A stretch of DNA of 64,000 bases from Thermodesulfobacteriota bacterium (GTDB lineage Bacteria; Desulfobacterota_D; UBA1144; Nemesobacterales; JAJCZQ01). A program made the position numbers and the translations under genes. Below the pieces are notes generated by a model, which worked only from the letters and a program-made list of their open reading frames with translations, was not told the DNA's origin and did not search any database. This document shows positions 63,094-64,000 of this stretch, one piece after another (position 1 is the stretch's first letter; each line of letters begins with the position of its first letter). Location: contig OZ244044.1 of assembly GCA_965215275.1 (NCBI GenBank), positions 384,001-448,000 on the forward strand. The letters are read 5' to 3'.

Positions 63094-64000
63094 ATGTTCA
63101 TATTCGCATTTTTATTCGTAATCGGAATTCTGATATTTTTTCACGAACTCGGCCACTTTGCGGTCGCGAAGTGGCAAGGCGTCAGGGTGGAGAAGTTCTC
63201 ACTTGGGTTCGGTCCGAAACTGACGGGTTTCACAAGGGGTGAGACAGAATACATGATATGTGCCCTTCCTCTTGGAGGCTACGTGAAAATGTACGGGGAG
63301 GGTAAGGAACAAAACCTTATCATAGATAAGATCAGGGACGGTTCAAACGCTCATAAAAAGGGTTTTCGCTCTGGCGACAGGATCGTAAAGGTCGATGAAG
63401 TGGACTTAAGCACCATTTCCAACTGGTCACAGCTGCTGTTCAAACTAAAGGGGCTTACCGGCAGAACCCATTTAATTGAACTGGAAAGGGACGGGAAGAA
63501 GACAGAGATAAGCTCAAGCGTGGAAGATCTCGACGGGATAACGGGATACACCCAGAAGGAATATCCGAGGAGCTTTGTCAATAAAAGCGTACTTTCGAGG
63601 TTTATGATAGTTATAGCCGGCCCAGTGATGAACTTCCTGCTCCCATTCGTCTTCCTGCCCATTGCGTTCCTGATCGGAATTCAGATACCCGCCTACATTG
63701 AAAAGACCCCCATAGTTGATTACGTCAGTCCAGGTTCCTCAGCGGCTGAAGCAGGTTTTAAGGTCGGTGACCAGATCATCTCAGTAAACGGCAGAGAAAC
63801 AGAGAACTGGAGAGAAGCCATCATTGCCCTTCAGTCAAATCCAGATTCAACAGTTGACGTTGAAGTCAGGAGAAACAACCAGCTCAGGAACTTAAAGCTT
63901 GAGACCGCAACCATCGAGGAAGGTATCGGTTCCGTTGGACTATCCAGCCCGCTACCCGCAAGGATCGGTTCCGTGAACCCAGGATTTCCAGCACAGAAAG
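63094..64000 (+). CDS. rseP: Site-2 metalloprotease RseP (partial, runs off the window)
   Basis: Manual translation gives HELGH, FSLGFGP, LPLGGYVKM, IAGPVMN, then a PDZ domain. Confidence 0.93.
   Translation, partial: MFIFAFLFVIGILIFFHELGHFAVAKWQGVRVEKFSLGFGPKLTGFTRGETEYMICALPLGGYVKMYGEGKEQNLIIDKIRDGSNAHKKGFRSGDRIVKVDEVDLSTISNWSQLLFKLKGLTGRTHLIELERDGKKTEISSSVEDLDGITGYTQKEYPRSFVNKSVLSRFMIVIAGPVMNFLLPFVFLPIAFLIGIQIPAYIEKTPIVDYVSPGSSAAEAGFKVGDQIISVNGRETENWREAIIALQSNPDSTVDVEVRRNNQLRNLKLETATIEEGIGSVGLSSPLPARIGSVNPGFPAQK

Overview
Bacterial chromosome segment; I cannot establish the taxon from this window. It opens with the end of smpB and tmRNA (ssrA), followed by a lower-GC defence-type islet: a DUF262/GmrSD stub, a three-gene unknown/PLD-nuclease/SF2-helicase operon that looks Azaca-like, a 40-bp AT-rich tandem array and a class II Fic gene. 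A TonB-dependent receptor comes next. The region from 13.7 to 53.7 kb is dominated by six paralogous secreted kexin-like S8 + P-domain + Ig-repeat proteins, called A-F here, all ending in the same Gly-Cys/TM/basic anchor. Only E keeps the Asp-His-Ser triad, and it lies next to a probable separately encoded chaperone/propeptide. A, B, C, D and F have all three catalytic residues replaced. Each has a consensus sigma70 promoter with a near-leaderless start and one or two poly-C tracts upstream of the signal peptide's hydrophobic core. As assembled only A is in frame; B, C, D and F are frameshifted OFF. The paralogs also share long inverted repeats, E carries a 279-bp tandem array with a 26-bp frameshifting deletion, and IS1595 elements and solo IS ends cluster around their promoters. 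I interpret this as a candidate phase-variable pseudoprotease surface-protein contingency system. Housekeeping genes are interspersed or follow: ytoQ-like, HAD, TPR, DUF3943, GT4, hisS, metH, purN, an unlinked 5S rRNA, rpsU-dnaG-rpoD, a polysaccharide deacetylase, ctpA, uppS, dxr, and rseP with an extra PDZ-like insert. All family names come from motif recognition by eye, not database searches, and homopolymer lengths may be affected by sequencing error.
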